Assembly (NCBI GenBank): GCA_028716245.1
Contig: JAQUQW010000001.1
Span: forward strand, 388,322-452,321
Source of the DNA: Candidatus Omnitrophota bacterium
GTDB taxonomy: Bacteria; Omnitrophota; Gorgyraeia; Gygaellales; Profunditerraquicolaceae
Length of the DNA stretch: 64,000 nt
Direction: 5' to 3'
This document shows, one piece after another, positions 9,622 through 19,385 of this stretch (positions are counted from its first letter, which is position 1; every line of letters starts with the position of its first letter). Below the pieces are notes generated by a model. The model was not told where the DNA came from and ran no database searches. It was given only the letters and a program-made list of their open reading frames with translations. The position numbers and the translations under genes were made by a program.

Positions 9622-11159
9622 CCAGACAAACAATTTTAATCTTGGATTTCGGCTCACAATACACGCAATTAATCGCCCGCCGGGTACGGGAAAACAAAGT
9701 TTTTTCAATAATTATTCCTTACAATACCCCGGCAAAAGAGATCGCCGCCCTAAACCCCAAAGGTTTAATCCTTTCCGGCGGTCCGGCTTCGGTAGTGAAT
9801 AAAAAATCTCCTTATCCTGACCCGGGAATCTTTAAACTTGGGGTACCTATTCTAGGCATCTGCTATGGAATGCAGGTTATTTGCGAGCTCTTGGGAGGAA
9901 AAGTAAAACATACCCGTGAGCGCGAATATGGAAAAGTAGAATTATTTATTGATGACAACCGCGACCTTTTCAGCCACCTGCCGGGTAATTTTACCTGCTG
10001 GGCCAGCCACGGGGATTATGTAACGAAAATGCCGGCGGGTTTTCACACCTCAAGCCACACTACCAATACGCCGATTGCCGCAATATCCAATCAAAAAAGA
10101 AAAATATACGCGGTACAATTCCACCCTGAAGTGACCCACACGGAAAAAGGCAATCAAATATTAAGTAACTTTTTATTCAAAATTTGCGGTGCTTCGGGAA
10201 GATGGAACATGCAGTCATTTATTAAAGAATCCGTCGAACATATTAAAAAAACTATCGGTCGTGATAAGGTCGTGCTGGGGCTAAGCGGAGGGGTGGATTC
10301 TTCGGTTGCCGCTCTATTAATCCATAAAGCGATCGGTAAAAACCTGCGTTGTATTTTTATCGATAACGGCCTGCTGCGCAAAGGCGAAGCTGAACAGGTT
10401 AAAAGCGTTTTTAAAGATATGTACCATCTCAATCTCAGTTATGTCGACAGGAGCAAAAGATTCCTTGAGCGCCTGAAGGGAATAACTGACCCGGAAGAAA
10501 AAAGAAAAATAATCGGTGATGAATTCATCAAAGTATTCGAAGAAGAAGCAAAAAAGACAAAAGGGGCAAAGTTTTTAGGACAGGGGACCCTTTATCCGGA
10601 TGTTATTGAATCTGTTTCACCCACCGGAGGCCCCAGCAGAAAGATCAAAAGCCACCATAATGTCGGAGGGCTTCCGGCGCAAATGAAGCTTAAACTTATT
10701 GAGCCCTTAAGGGAATTATTCAAAGATGAAGCGCGCGAAATCGGAAGGCAGTTGGGATTACCTGAAAATATCATCCAGCGCCAGCCATTTCCCGGCCCGG
10801 GCCTGGCCGTCAGGATCATCGGAGAGATAGATATCCAACGCTTAAATCTTTTACGTGAAGCGGATAAACGGGTAATCGAAGAAATTTCAAAAGCCGGCCT
10901 ATATGAACAAATCTGGCAATCCTTTGCCGTATTATTACCGATAAAAAGCGTGGGAATAATGGGTGATGAACGCACATATGAAAATGTCGCAGCACTTCGC
11001 TGCGTCTCCAGCTTTGACGGTATGACCGCCGACTGGGTAAAACTTCCTTATGAAGTTATGGAAAAAATCTCCAATCGGATCATTAACGAAGTGAAGGGGA
11101 TCAACCGGGTTGTTTACGATATCAGTTCCAAACCTCCTGCAACCATCGAGTGGGAATAA
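9618..11159 (+). CDS. guaA: GMP synthase (glutamine-hydrolysing)
   Basis: GATase1 domain (GICYGMQ) plus PP-loop SGGVDSS and the conserved C-terminal dimerisation domain ending ATIEWE. Confidence 0.92.
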   Translation: MTRQTILILDFGSQYTQLIARRVRENKVFSIIIPYNTPAKEIAALNPKGLILSGGPASVVNKKSPYPDPGIFKLGVPILGICYGMQVICELLGGKVKHTREREYGKVELFIDDNRDLFSHLPGNFTCWASHGDYVTKMPAGFHTSSHTTNTPIAAISNQKRKIYAVQFHPEVTHTEKGNQILSNFLFKICGASGRWNMQSFIKESVEHIKKTIGRDKVVLGLSGGVDSSVAALLIHKAIGKNLRCIFIDNGLLRKGEAEQVKSVFKDMYHLNLSYVDRSKRFLERLKGITDPEEKRKIIGDEFIKVFEEEAKKTKGAKFLGQGTLYPDVIESVSPTGGPSRKIKSHHNVGGLPAQMKLKLIEPLRELFKDEAREIGRQLGLPENIIQRQPFPGPGLAVRIIGEIDIQRLNLLREADKRVIEEISKAGLYEQIWQSFAVLLPIKSVGIMGDERTYENVAALRCVSSFDGMTADWVKLPYEVMEKISNRIINEVKGINRVVYDISSKPPATIEWE

Positions 11160-11185
11160 ATAAAGGGAACGCTCCCTAGTTTCCT

Positions 11186-14100
11186 ATGTCTTCTGAATTC
11201 GTTCACCTGCATTTACACACGCAATACAGCCTGCTTGACGGGGCCTGCCGTATACCTGAAATACTGTCCATCGCCAAAAGTTTCAAAATGGATTCTCTGG
11301 CCATCACCGACCATGGCAGTATGTTCGGGGCAATCGAATTCTACCTGGAAGCGCAAAAAACAGGAATCAAGCCAATTATCGGTTGTGAAGTTTACGTTGC
11401 TCCGCAAAGCCGGCTGGATAAAGGCGGAAGCGGTATTGAAGACGTGGCGAATCATTTAATCCTCTTGGCCCGCGATGAAGAGGGCTACCGCAACTTAATG
11501 AAACTGGTCTCCATCGGTTACTTGGAAGGTTTCTATTACCGTCCGCGCATCGACAAAGAGGTATTAGCTACGCACGCCAAAGGATTAATCGCATCAAGTG
11601 CCTGCCTTAAAGGAGAGATCCCATCCCTTATATTGCAAAAACGTTTCAATGACGCGCTCAAAGCAGCTGATACTTATCAGAATATCCTGGGAAAAGGGAA
11701 CTTCTACTTAGAGATCCAAAGCAATTCTATTGCCGAGCAACTTGTTGTAAATGAAGGGATGTTTAAAATTTCCAAGGAACTGGGGATATCCTTGGTCGCC
11801 ACTAACGACGTACATTACCCCACCAGGGATAAAGCCGCCGCTCATGAGGCATTACTTTGCATCCAAACACAATCCACCCTTGACGATCCCAAGCATATGC
11901 GTTTTCAAACGGATGAATTTTATTTCCGTTCCCCCGAAGAGATGAAAAAATTATTTAAGGACTGCCCGCAGGCCTTACAAAATACCGTTGAGATTGCCCG
12001 GCGCTGTAATCTGGAACTGGATTTTAGCAAAATGCACCTGCCTAAATACGTGCCTCCGGAAGGAAAAGATAAGGAAAAGTTCCTGTTTGAGCTTTGCGAA
12101 AAAGGGTTAACTGCTAAAAATTTAAAAAATAACCCCGAAGTGCAAAAACGACTGGATCATGAATTAAAAATTATCCAGGATATGGGTTTTATCAGCTACT
12201 TCCTGATTGTCTGGGATTTCATCCACTATGCCAAAAGCCAGGGGATCCCGGTGGGCCCGGGAAGAGGCTCAGCCGCCGGAAGCCTGGTCAGTTTTCTTTT
12301 GGGAATTACCGATTTAGATCCGTTAAAATACGGGCTGCTTTTCGAAAGGTTCCTTAATCCGCAGCGTATGGGGCTGCCGGATATTGATATCGACTTTTGT
12401 TATGAACGCCGGCAAGAGGTCATCGATTATGTTACCAATAAATACGGGCAGGATAATGTCGCCCAGATTATTACCTTTGGAACAATGCAGGCTCGCGCCG
12501 TAATCAGGGACGTCGGCCGGGTCATGGGCGTTGCTTACGCGGATGTTGACCGGCTGGCTAAAATGATCCCGGCTGAACTGGACATAACCCTTAAAAAAGC
12601 CCTGGAGAGTGAACCGGAATTAAACAACCTTTACCAGAATGACCCGCAAATAACCAAACTGATCAATATCGCTTTGTCCTTAGAGGGATTAAACCGCCAT
12701 GCCTCGGTACACGCCGCCGGCGTAATTATCACGGACAAGCCGTTAAATAACTACATGCCCATATTTAAAACCGCGGATGACCAGATTACCACCGGCTATA
12801 GCATGGGAACCCTGGAAAAAATCGGTTTACTTAAAGTTGATTTTCTGGGTTTAAGAACACTTACTGTAATCGATGAAACCCTAAAACTCATCAAGCAAAC
12901 CCGGAGCATCCAAATTGATATTGAAAAAATACCGTTGGATGATCAAAACACTTACGCGCTGTTATCTTCAAGCCATACTATTGGAATATTCCAGGTAGAA
13001 AGTTCAGGGATGCGCGATTTACTTAAAAAACTTATGCCTGAACGCTTTGAGGATTTAATCGCCCTTCTTGCGCTTTACCGGCCCGGGCCAATTGGCTCAG
13101 GAATGCTGGATGACTTTATGAAACGTAAACACGGAACAATTCCGATTAAATACGAACACGCAAAACTTGAGCCCATCCTCAAAGAAACTTACGGAATTAT
13201 GGTTTATCAGGAACAGATTATGCAGATTGCCTCAAGCCTTGCAGGATTTTCTCTTGCCCAGGCGGATATTCTGCGTAAAGCTATGGGTAAAAAGATCCCG
13301 GAAGTAATGGAGAAGGAGCGAAAAAATTTCATCAACGGCTGCATTAAAAACGGGATAAAAGAGAGCACCGCCAGTAAAATATTCGATCTGATTGAATATT
13401 TCTCCGGATACGGATTTAATAAGTCGCATTCAACCGCTTATGCCTTAATTTCATACCGCACCGCTTATTTAAAAGCGAATTATCCGGTGGAATTCATGAC
13501 TGCCCTGCTTACCTCCGAACGTGATAACACGGATAAAATCGTCGAATATGTTAATGAATCAGCCCGCATGGGTTTAAAAGTGCAGCCACCGGATATAAAT
13601 GAGAGCGAAGTGCTTTTTAAAGTCGAGAATGAACAGACAATCCGTTTTGGCCTAATCGCCATAAAAAATGTGGGCCGAGGCGCTGCTGAATCGATCGTCA
13701 AGGCCAGGGAAAGCCTGAAGTTTAAAACCTTAGATGAACTCTGCCAACACGTAGATTTAAGATTGGCCAACCGTAAAGTCCTGGAAAGCCTGATCAAATG
13801 CGGGGCGCTGGATTGCTTCGGGGCATCCCGAGCCGGAATGTTTGCCAGCCTGGATATAATTTTAGAAGGGGCACAAAGAAGCCAGAAGGAAAAATCCAGC
13901 GGCCAGCTTTCATTCTTCGACCAAGCCCAGAAAGAGAATGGGTTTAAGAAAACTGAAAATAATCTACCCGTTGTGAAGGAGTGGCCGGAACCCCAGCTGC
14001 TTGCTTTTGAAAAAGATATGCTGGGCTTCTATGTCAGCGGCCATCCTTTGGCCCGTTATGCCAAGCAACTTAAACGTTTTGTTTCCTGCTCAACCTCTAA

Positions 14101-14638
14101 TCTTCATGAATATAAAGATCAAGATACGGTCAAAATGGTCGGGTTAATCGTGAAAATCAAGCATACGGTTACCCGGGCAAAGCAAGAGAAAATGGCAATA
14201 TTAAAACTGGAGGACCTAGAGGGAGCAGTGGAGATCCTGGTCTTTCCGCGCGCTTTTGCCAGAATAAGCAGCTATATCCAGATGAATTCCATAGTCCATA
14301 TTCGCGGCATATTGGACCTCAAAGAAGAGACACCTAAAATAATCGTAGAAGACCTTTTTCCGTTTGAGGAGATTTACAAGTTAATCACGGCGATGAATAT
14401 TAATTTATCCGGGATAAAAGAAAATATCTTTGAATCCTTAAAAACCCTGCTTAGCGATTACCGCGGGAATATTCCTGTTTATTTACACCTGGACAGCGGG
14501 CTTACCGGCAAACAGGCGCAGGCGCGCTCCCGCGTGCAGTTAGTTGTCGGCGAAGGGCTCTATGTTTCGCCTAATGAAAAACTCATTCAGGACCTAGATG
14601 AATTATTAGGGGAAGAGCGTTTATCTCTTGTAATCTAG
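11186..14638 (+). CDS. dnaE: DNA polymerase III alpha subunit
   Basis: PHP domain start FVHLHLHTQYSLLDG, polymerase core and OB fold; 1150 aa. Confidence 0.95.
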   Translation: MSSEFVHLHLHTQYSLLDGACRIPEILSIAKSFKMDSLAITDHGSMFGAIEFYLEAQKTGIKPIIGCEVYVAPQSRLDKGGSGIEDVANHLILLARDEEGYRNLMKLVSIGYLEGFYYRPRIDKEVLATHAKGLIASSACLKGEIPSLILQKRFNDALKAADTYQNILGKGNFYLEIQSNSIAEQLVVNEGMFKISKELGISLVATNDVHYPTRDKAAAHEALLCIQTQSTLDDPKHMRFQTDEFYFRSPEEMKKLFKDCPQALQNTVEIARRCNLELDFSKMHLPKYVPPEGKDKEKFLFELCEKGLTAKNLKNNPEVQKRLDHELKIIQDMGFISYFLIVWDFIHYAKSQGIPVGPGRGSAAGSLVSFLLGITDLDPLKYGLLFERFLNPQRMGLPDIDIDFCYERRQEVIDYVTNKYGQDNVAQIITFGTMQARAVIRDVGRVMGVAYADVDRLAKMIPAELDITLKKALESEPELNNLYQNDPQITKLINIALSLEGLNRHASVHAAGVIITDKPLNNYMPIFKTADDQITTGYSMGTLEKIGLLKVDFLGLRTLTVIDETLKLIKQTRSIQIDIEKIPLDDQNTYALLSSSHTIGIFQVESSGMRDLLKKLMPERFEDLIALLALYRPGPIGSGMLDDFMKRKHGTIPIKYEHAKLEPILKETYGIMVYQEQIMQIASSLAGFSLAQADILRKAMGKKIPEVMEKERKNFINGCIKNGIKESTASKIFDLIEYFSGYGFNKSHSTAYALISYRTAYLKANYPVEFMTALLTSERDNTDKIVEYVNESARMGLKVQPPDINESEVLFKVENEQTIRFGLIAIKNVGRGAAESIVKARESLKFKTLDELCQHVDLRLANRKVLESLIKCGALDCFGASRAGMFASLDIILEGAQRSQKEKSSGQLSFFDQAQKENGFKKTENNLPVVKEWPEPQLLAFEKDMLGFYVSGHPLARYAKQLKRFVSCSTSNLHEYKDQDTVKMVGLIVKIKHTVTRAKQEKMAILKLEDLEGAVEILVFPRAFARISSYIQMNSIVHIRGILDLKEETPKIIVEDLFPFEEIYKLITAMNINLSGIKENIFESLKTLLSDYRGNIPVYLHLDSGLTGKQAQARSRVQLVVGEGLYVSPNEKLIQDLDELLGEERLSLVI

Positions 14639-14794
14639 TATTAAGATTTCCGGCTTTTGCTAGAGGCACAATTAGAAGATTTTCGGCAAAAGTGTGCGAG
14701 GAATTACGTTGAGCGCAGGCAATATTATTACGCGTAAGGAAACTGCGCTGCCGGAGCGAGACGTAAGCCGAAGCAAAAGACGGAAAGCTTGTTT

Positions 14795-14813
14795 CCTTGC
14801 GCTTCGCGCAAGG
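14795..14813 (+). terminator. GC-rich hairpin downstream of dnaE (CCTTGCGC-TTC-GCGCAAGG)
   Basis: Perfect 8-bp stem seen in sequence, nested inside a longer AAGGAAAC...GTTTCCTT inverted repeat (14736-14798); T-tract weak. Confidence 0.35.
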
Positions 14814-14851
14814 ATTTCGCTAGATCAAACTTTAAAGGTGCTTAATTTTTC

Positions 14852-14880
14852 TTGACACTGTAACGTTTTGCTGTTATTAT
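14852..14880 (+). promoter_or_regulatory. sigma-70 promoter for hup (TTGACA-17-TATTAT)
   Basis: Exact -35 hexamer, 17-nt spacer, near-consensus -10; predicted TSS just before the conserved leader motif. Confidence 0.55.
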
Positions 14881-14893
14881 ACTTAGCAAATAC

Positions 14894-14931
14894 ACCCGCG
14901 TTGCGCGGGTACGCCCTTGTGGGCTAGGAGG
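14894..14931 (+). promoter_or_regulatory. conserved 5'-leader motif copy 1 (CCCGCG-ttg-CGCGGG-tac-GCCC-ttgt-GGGC-t-AGGAGG)
   Basis: Two tandem hairpins ending in the SD 8 nt before the hup ATG; near-identical copies at 17823-17876 and 57384-57473. Confidence 0.5.
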
Positions 14932-14938
14932 ATTTAAA

Positions 14939-15211
14939 ATGACCAAAAAGGATATTGTCTTAAAAGTATCTGACGACAGCAATTTAAAACAAATAGACGT
15001 CAAGGAAGTAGTGCAAAAGACCTTCGATTGTATCGTTGAGGCTTTAGTCAGGGGCGAAAAGATTGAATTACGTAATTTCGGTGTTTTTAAAGTAAAACAA
15101 AGAAAAAGCCGCACTGGCAGAAATCCGCGCACTAATCAGGTTATCCCTGTCCCGCCAAGAAAAGTTGTCATCTTCAAAGCTGGCTTGGAAATGAAACAAA
15201 AAATAAAATAA
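14939..15211 (+). CDS. hup: DNA-binding protein HU
   Basis: 90 aa; conserved HU arm GRNPRTNQ.I..P and an N-terminal MTKKDIV-type start. Confidence 0.85.
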   Translation: MTKKDIVLKVSDDSNLKQIDVKEVVQKTFDCIVEALVRGEKIELRNFGVFKVKQRKSRTGRNPRTNQVIPVPPRKVVIFKAGLEMKQKIK

Positions 15212-16449
15212 TGTTCAAAAGAGTAGCAGGTACTAAAGATATTCTGCCTGAAGAAACGCCTTCCTGGCAAAGAATCGAACAAACAGCGCATAAGATATTC
15301 TCACTTTACAATTATCGGGAAATGCGCACCCCCATAATCGAAGAAGCATCGCTTTTTAACCGCACCCTGGGCATAACTGCCGAAATTGTACAAAAACAGA
15401 TGTTTCTCATCCATAACCAGGATGAGACTTACGCCCTGCGTCCGGAAGGCACCGCCTCAATCGTGCGCAGCTATCTGGAAAATAATTTAGATAAGGCCGC
15501 CGGTTTTACAAAGTTATATTATATCGGCCCGATGTTCCGCCTGGAGCGGCCGCAAAAAGGAAGATTACGCCAATTCCATCATGTCGGCTGCGAAGCAATC
15601 GGCTCCCAGGAGGCCGCACTTGACGTAGAGATAATCGCCTTAGCGGACCAGATGCTTAAGGCTTTTGGCATCATCGGTTATGAAATTAAGGCCAACAGCC
15701 TGGGTTGTTCCAAAGATAAAGAGGCTTTAGCTTTAAGTTTAAAAGAATGTTTGCAGAAAAAAACAAAAGAACTTTGCGCCGACTGCCAGCAGAGATTAAA
15801 AAATAACGTATTAAGGGTATTGGACTGTAAAAACGAAACTTGCCAGAAAATCGTTAGAACCGTCTGCCCGGATCAAGGGCACCTTTGCCCGGATTGCCTG
15901 GCGCATTTTGAAGAAGTAAAAAATGGATTAAATAACCTGGATATACCGTTTCAGGTCCACCCGCTTTTGGTGCGCGGACTGGATTACTACAACCGCACGG
16001 TATTTGAAATCACCCATGCCGGTTTAGGCAGCCAAGATGCTATTGGAGCAGGCGGCCGTTATAATAACTTAGTCCACCAGTTAGGCGGCCCGGATCTGGG
16101 AGGGATAGGTTTTGCTTTCGGCGTTGAAAGGCTGCTTTTGGCATCGCAAAACCTGGCCGAAAAATCGCAGAAAAAATTAGTATACTTGATCACCCTCGGA
16201 AAAGCCGCCAAATTAGCCGGCCTAAAATTACTAAACCAGCTGCGCAAATCCGAAATTACCTGCGACACGGATTACCTGAACAAATCATTAAAAGGAGCAA
16301 TGCGCGCCGCCAATGACGCGGGGGCAAATTTGGTTTTGATTTTAGGAGACGATGAATTAAAAAAGAATGTTGTCACCGTTAAAAACATGTCTGAAAGCAC
16401 CCAAAAAGAAATTTCGCTGGATAAGTTGATCGGAGAATTAAAATGTTAA
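15211..16449 (+). CDS. hisS: histidyl-tRNA synthetase
   Basis: Class II motifs; HisRS-specific GGRYD-like segment (GAGGRYNNL) and C-terminal anticodon-binding domain; TAATG overlap with hup. Confidence 0.9.
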   Translation: MFKRVAGTKDILPEETPSWQRIEQTAHKIFSLYNYREMRTPIIEEASLFNRTLGITAEIVQKQMFLIHNQDETYALRPEGTASIVRSYLENNLDKAAGFTKLYYIGPMFRLERPQKGRLRQFHHVGCEAIGSQEAALDVEIIALADQMLKAFGIIGYEIKANSLGCSKDKEALALSLKECLQKKTKELCADCQQRLKNNVLRVLDCKNETCQKIVRTVCPDQGHLCPDCLAHFEEVKNGLNNLDIPFQVHPLLVRGLDYYNRTVFEITHAGLGSQDAIGAGGRYNNLVHQLGGPDLGGIGFAFGVERLLLASQNLAEKSQKKLVYLITLGKAAKLAGLKLLNQLRKSEITCDTDYLNKSLKGAMRAANDAGANLVLILGDDELKKNVVTVKNMSESTQKEISLDKLIGELKC

Positions 16450-17837
16450 GGACTCATACCTGCGCCCAGCTCAATGCCGCTGATACTGGAAAACTGGTTA
16501 CGCTTTGCGGCTGGGTTGCCAATCGGCGCGACCACGGCAAGTTAATCTTTATTGATATCCGCGACCGCTACGGCCTCACCCAGGCCGTCTTTATCCCCAA
16601 AGAATCAGGGGAAGCTCATAAATTGGCGCAAGAACTAAGGAGTGAATTCGTAATTAAATTAAGCGGCCTGGTAAATAAGCGGCCGGCCGGAACCATTAAT
16701 CCAAAATTAGCAACCGGAGAAGTAGAAATTTTAGCTAAAGAGCTGGAAATATTGAATCCCAGCAATACCCCGCCGTTTGAAATCCAGGATGATATTGAAA
16801 TAACCGAAGAGATCCGCCTTAAATACCGCTACCTTGATTTAAGAAGAAGTAAAGTTTTTAAAAACCTGCTCTTACGAAGCAATCTCTATAAAGTTATCCG
16901 CTCTTATTTAGGAAACAAAGATTTCATCGAGTGCGAAACTCCGATACTGACCAAATCCACCCCTGAAGGCGCCCGGGATTATCTGGTCCCTTCACGATTA
17001 AGCATCGGCCAATTTTTTGCCCTTCCTCAATCTCCGCAATTATTCAAACAGATCCTGATGGTTGCCGGAATTGAAAAGTACTATCAGATTGCCAAATGTT
17101 TCCGCGATGAAGACCTGCGCGCCGACCGCCAGCCGGAATTTACCCAGCTGGATATCGAAATGTCCTTTATCAACCAGGAAGATATCTTTTCTTTAACTGA
17201 AGGATTAATGAAAATTATTTTCAAGGAATTAAAAAACATAGATCTACCCGCTCCATTTACCCGAATAAGCTATAAAGATGCCCTGGAAAAATATAAATCG
17301 GATAAACCTGACTTACGGCCTGAAACAAAAACAGAATTCGCTTTCTGCTGGATAGTGGATTTTCCGCTTTTCAAATTCAACGCCGAAGAAAAACGCTGGG
17401 AAAGCGAACATCATCCTTTTACCGCACCGAACGCCCAAGACCTTCCAAACCTGAAAGAATCCCCGGATAAAGTAAGATCCTGCTCATATGATTTGGTTTT
17501 AAACGGTATGGAACTGGGTTCAGGATCAATAAGGATCCACCGTCCGGAGCTTCAAGAAAAAATCTTTAAGATTATCGGTATAGACAAGGAAGAGGCCGCT
17601 AAACGTTTCGGCTTCCTGCTGGAGGCTTTTACATTCGGGGCGCCTCCCCATGGAGGGGTCGCTTTTGGGCTAGACAGGCTCTTAGCCATACTTTGTGCGG
17701 AATCAAGTATACGTGAAGTCATTACTTTTCCTAAAACCTCGGCCGCGTTCTGCCCGTTAACTAACGCGCCTTCGGATGTTGCAGATAAGCAATTAAAAGA
17801 ACTGGGTATAACCATTATTAACACCCCGCGCTCATAA
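16443..17837 (+). CDS. aspS: aspartyl-tRNA synthetase, short form lacking the GAD insertion domain
   Basis: N-terminal OB fold, bacterial-type QSPQLFKQ and FRDEDLRADRQPEFTQLD motifs, motif 3 GAPPHGGVAFGLDRL; only 464 aa. Confidence 0.8.
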   Translation: MLRTHTCAQLNAADTGKLVTLCGWVANRRDHGKLIFIDIRDRYGLTQAVFIPKESGEAHKLAQELRSEFVIKLSGLVNKRPAGTINPKLATGEVEILAKELEILNPSNTPPFEIQDDIEITEEIRLKYRYLDLRRSKVFKNLLLRSNLYKVIRSYLGNKDFIECETPILTKSTPEGARDYLVPSRLSIGQFFALPQSPQLFKQILMVAGIEKYYQIAKCFRDEDLRADRQPEFTQLDIEMSFINQEDIFSLTEGLMKIIFKELKNIDLPAPFTRISYKDALEKYKSDKPDLRPETKTEFAFCWIVDFPLFKFNAEEKRWESEHHPFTAPNAQDLPNLKESPDKVRSCSYDLVLNGMELGSGSIRIHRPELQEKIFKIIGIDKEEAAKRFGFLLEAFTFGAPPHGGVAFGLDRLLAILCAESSIREVITFPKTSAAFCPLTNAPSDVADKQLKELGITIINTPRS

Positions 17838-17876
17838 GGAATTGCGCGGGTACGCCCTTGTGGGCGAAAGGAGGGA
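17823..17876 (+). promoter_or_regulatory. conserved 5'-leader motif copy 2
   Basis: CACCCCGCG...GCGCGGGTACGCCCTTGTGGGCGAAAGGAGGG; the aspS stop codon lies in the loop of stem 1; 6 nt before ATG 17883. Confidence 0.5.
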
Positions 17877-17882
17877 AGTAAA

Positions 17883-18422
17883 ATGGACGGATTTAGATTA
17901 GCAGGAATTTGCGTATTGGCATCGACAATGGCACTATCAGGATGCGTGGCCAGGACCTACAACTTAACCCGCGATAGAGTTGACCAGGATTTATCTTCCG
18001 CCTCAGGAAACCGCGGTTACCTTACTGGCCAGGCCCCTGAACCAAAAGAAAGAGCAACTACCCGCACCGTCAGAGTCTTTGAGATAGAATTAGGAAAAAC
18101 TAAAAAATCTAATGTCAGCTGCCCGGCAACTACCCCACTAGGAACTAATATCGAAGAATCGACCGCCGGTCTTCAGGAAACGCTAAGCGAACCGGCCCAG
18201 GGCTTTGAGAAATACTCGGTAGCCAAAAACGATACCTTACAAAAAATTTCTAAAAAATTTTATGGCACAACCAAAAAATGGATGAAGATTTATAATGCCA
18301 ATAAAAATGTTTTATCCGCTCCGGACAAACTTTATCCCGGGCAAACTTTAAATATCCCTTCTGCCCCCGCATCAAAAACTGGAACTGAAAAAACGGCAGA
18401 AATAAAAGAAAACCTCAAGTAA
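17883..18422 (+). CDS. LysM-domain lipoprotein
   Basis: Lipobox LSGC; C-terminal LysM (YSVAKNDTLQKISKKFYGTTKKWMKIYNANKNVL...LYPGQTLNIP). Confidence 0.6.
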   Translation: MDGFRLAGICVLASTMALSGCVARTYNLTRDRVDQDLSSASGNRGYLTGQAPEPKERATTRTVRVFEIELGKTKKSNVSCPATTPLGTNIEESTAGLQETLSEPAQGFEKYSVAKNDTLQKISKKFYGTTKKWMKIYNANKNVLSAPDKLYPGQTLNIPSAPASKTGTEKTAEIKENLK

Positions 18423-18434
18423 GCCAGTCATTAA

Positions 18435-19385
18435 ATGGATAAAATAATTAAGCTGCAGTCCCAGGCAGAAGCGCAGAGCCTGATTGGGACCCAGGATACC
18501 AATATTAAAATCATCGAAAAAGAATTTAAGGTCAGGCTTATCCTGCGCGGCGAACACCTAAAATTAAGCGGCTCAGCCAGCAATATTAAGAAAGCAAACC
18601 AGCTGATTGAACATCTACTTACAGGGATCCGCTCGAAAACCCCGGAGATCAGCCAGAGCGATTTAAATTATTTAATTGCCAATCTAAAAAAAGGCAAAAA
18701 ATCATCGCCAATAGCGCAATTAGATACCGGAATCACGCGTTCCTGCGCGGGTAAACAGATCGGGCCAAAAACTACCGGGCAAAGAGAATACGTCCAGGCA
18801 ATCCAGGAACATGATATTGTTTTTGGCATTGGCCCGGCCGGAACAGGGAAAACTTACCTGGCGATGGCCTGCGCGGTGGAAGAGTTAAAAAAACAGCAGG
18901 TACGCCGGATTATCCTGACCCGGCCGGCGATTGAAGCAGGGGAGTCGCTGGGATTTCTTCCCGGAGATATGCAAGCCAAAATCTCACCCTATTTACGCCC
19001 GCTTTATGACGCCTTATACGATATGATGGAAGGCCAACGCATTGAAAAATATATCGAAACCGGGATTATTGAAGTTGCCCCGCTTGCCTATATGCGCGGC
19101 AGGACCTTAAACGATGCCTTTATTATCCTTGATGAAGCTCAAAATTGCACTGCCGAACAAATGAAAATGTTTTTGACCCGCCTGGGTTTTGATTCCAAAG
19201 CGGTAATTACCGGCGATATTACTCAAAGCGACTTGCCGGGGGCTAATCCTATCGGCCTGCTTCAGGCGCAAGATATACTTAAAGAAATCCAAGGTATAAA
19301 ATTTATTTACTTCAGCGGAGCCGATGTTGTCCGGCACTCGCTGGTGCAAAGGATAATCGAAGCTTATGAAAAAACTATTCGCTAA
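18435..19385 (+). CDS. phoH: PhoH-like ATPase
   Basis: Walker A GPAGTGKTYLA and PhoH family body; 316 aa; conserved phoH-yqfF-ybeY synteny. Confidence 0.85.
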   Translation: MDKIIKLQSQAEAQSLIGTQDTNIKIIEKEFKVRLILRGEHLKLSGSASNIKKANQLIEHLLTGIRSKTPEISQSDLNYLIANLKKGKKSSPIAQLDTGITRSCAGKQIGPKTTGQREYVQAIQEHDIVFGIGPAGTGKTYLAMACAVEELKKQQVRRIILTRPAIEAGESLGFLPGDMQAKISPYLRPLYDALYDMMEGQRIEKYIETGIIEVAPLAYMRGRTLNDAFIILDEAQNCTAEQMKMFLTRLGFDSKAVITGDITQSDLPGANPIGLLQAQDILKEIQGIKFIYFSGADVVRHSLVQRIIEAYEKTIR

